Of a stretch of 44,018 nt of DNA, positions 43,574 to 44,018 are shown in pieces. The translations under genes and the position numbers were made by a program. The DNA lies in IMG/VR virus record IMGVR_UViG_3300036773_000053, positions 1 to 44,018 of that record. One strand, 5' to 3'. This DNA is from a virus (lineage: Duplodnaviria; Caudoviricetes). The first letter of the stretch is position 1. Each line of letters opens with the position of its first letter. The notes under the pieces were generated by a model. The model saw only the letters and a program-made list of their open reading frames with translations, had not been told where the DNA came from and did not search any database.

Positions 43574-43590
43574 GTTTCCCTATTGACAAC
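43574..43590. promoter_or_regulatory. 17-bp operator-like site GTTTCCCTATTGACAAC containing TTGACA
   Basis: Second site of a tandem pair upstream of the early left operon. Confidence 0.55.
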
Positions 43591-43660
43591 TTTTGAATCA
43601 TGGCCACGCTTGGAGTCGATCGCGGTTCGGCCCCCTCGGACGGGACACCGACGCGGCTTT

Positions 43661-44018
43661 CTACTTCGGTCGCGGTTTCCCGTTCGATTTACCACGAGGA
43701 CGTGCCGATAATGAAGTCGTATCAGCAGAAGTCGGTGCGTCCGGTGTCAGACCCGCAGACAGTAATGCTGCGAATCCAGCGCGCGATTGGGAAATGGCTT
43801 GCTGCACAGCAGCAACAAGAGAAGGGTCGGTCGTCCGCCCGGCGAGCCACTTCCGTACCAGTTCATCATTCATCGCAGGCCCCACCCGACCGTCGAGAAT
43901 AAAATCCAGCGTCGCTTGGGTTTTTGCCGCGACGATGCAGAGCAGGTCGAGGTTAGGTTGTCGCGTGCCGCGTTCCCATCGATTGAGCATTTCCACCCGT
44001 AAGTGCAGGTATTCAGCG
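43661..44018 (-). CDS. CI-like repressor, 3' part
   Basis: Continuation of the 1-293 reading frame via the terminal overlap. Confidence 0.85.
   Translation of the reverse strand, partial: AEYLHLRVEMLNRWERGTRQPNLDLLCIVAAKTQATLDFILDGRVGPAMNDELVRKWLAGRTTDPSLVAAVQQAISQSRAGFAALLSAGLTPDAPTSADTTSLSARPRGKSNGKPRPK
43851..44018 (+). repeat. Terminal direct repeat, copy 2
   Basis: Matches 1-168 with one mismatch. Confidence 0.97.

Overview
The window is an apparently complete, circularly permuted temperate phage genome of about 43,850 bp. Positions 1-168 recur at 43851-44018 with one mismatch. It is GC-rich, and gene content suggests an alphaproteobacterial host (inference). Gene order: cI/cro switch spanning the ends; nuclease and replication genes; late regulator; HNH and putative cos; a ParB / C5-DNA-methyltransferase / CmoA-like module; P27-type TerS and TerL; HK97-type portal, protease and capsid; a Mu-like contractile tail (an SfV/P27-like hybrid layout); tyrosine integrase with a putative attP; and a leftward early operon (Gp157, ERF, AlpA-like Xis). 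The strongest candidate system is a DNA cytosine carboxymethylation (5cxmC-type) module: a CmoA-like carboxy-SAM synthase homologue near a C5-MTase whose motif X reads G-R-A instead of G-N-[SA], placed between cos and the terminase. Other notable items: nine dispersed 17-bp operator-like palindromes; a gene with an in-frame TGA followed by a hairpin; two BPSL0067/Tae2-like amidases; four paralogous capsid-associated proteins; a PDQGLP-repeat protein; and a tandem fibre-gene duplication with a minigene scar. All family calls come from manual motif recognition, not database searches.
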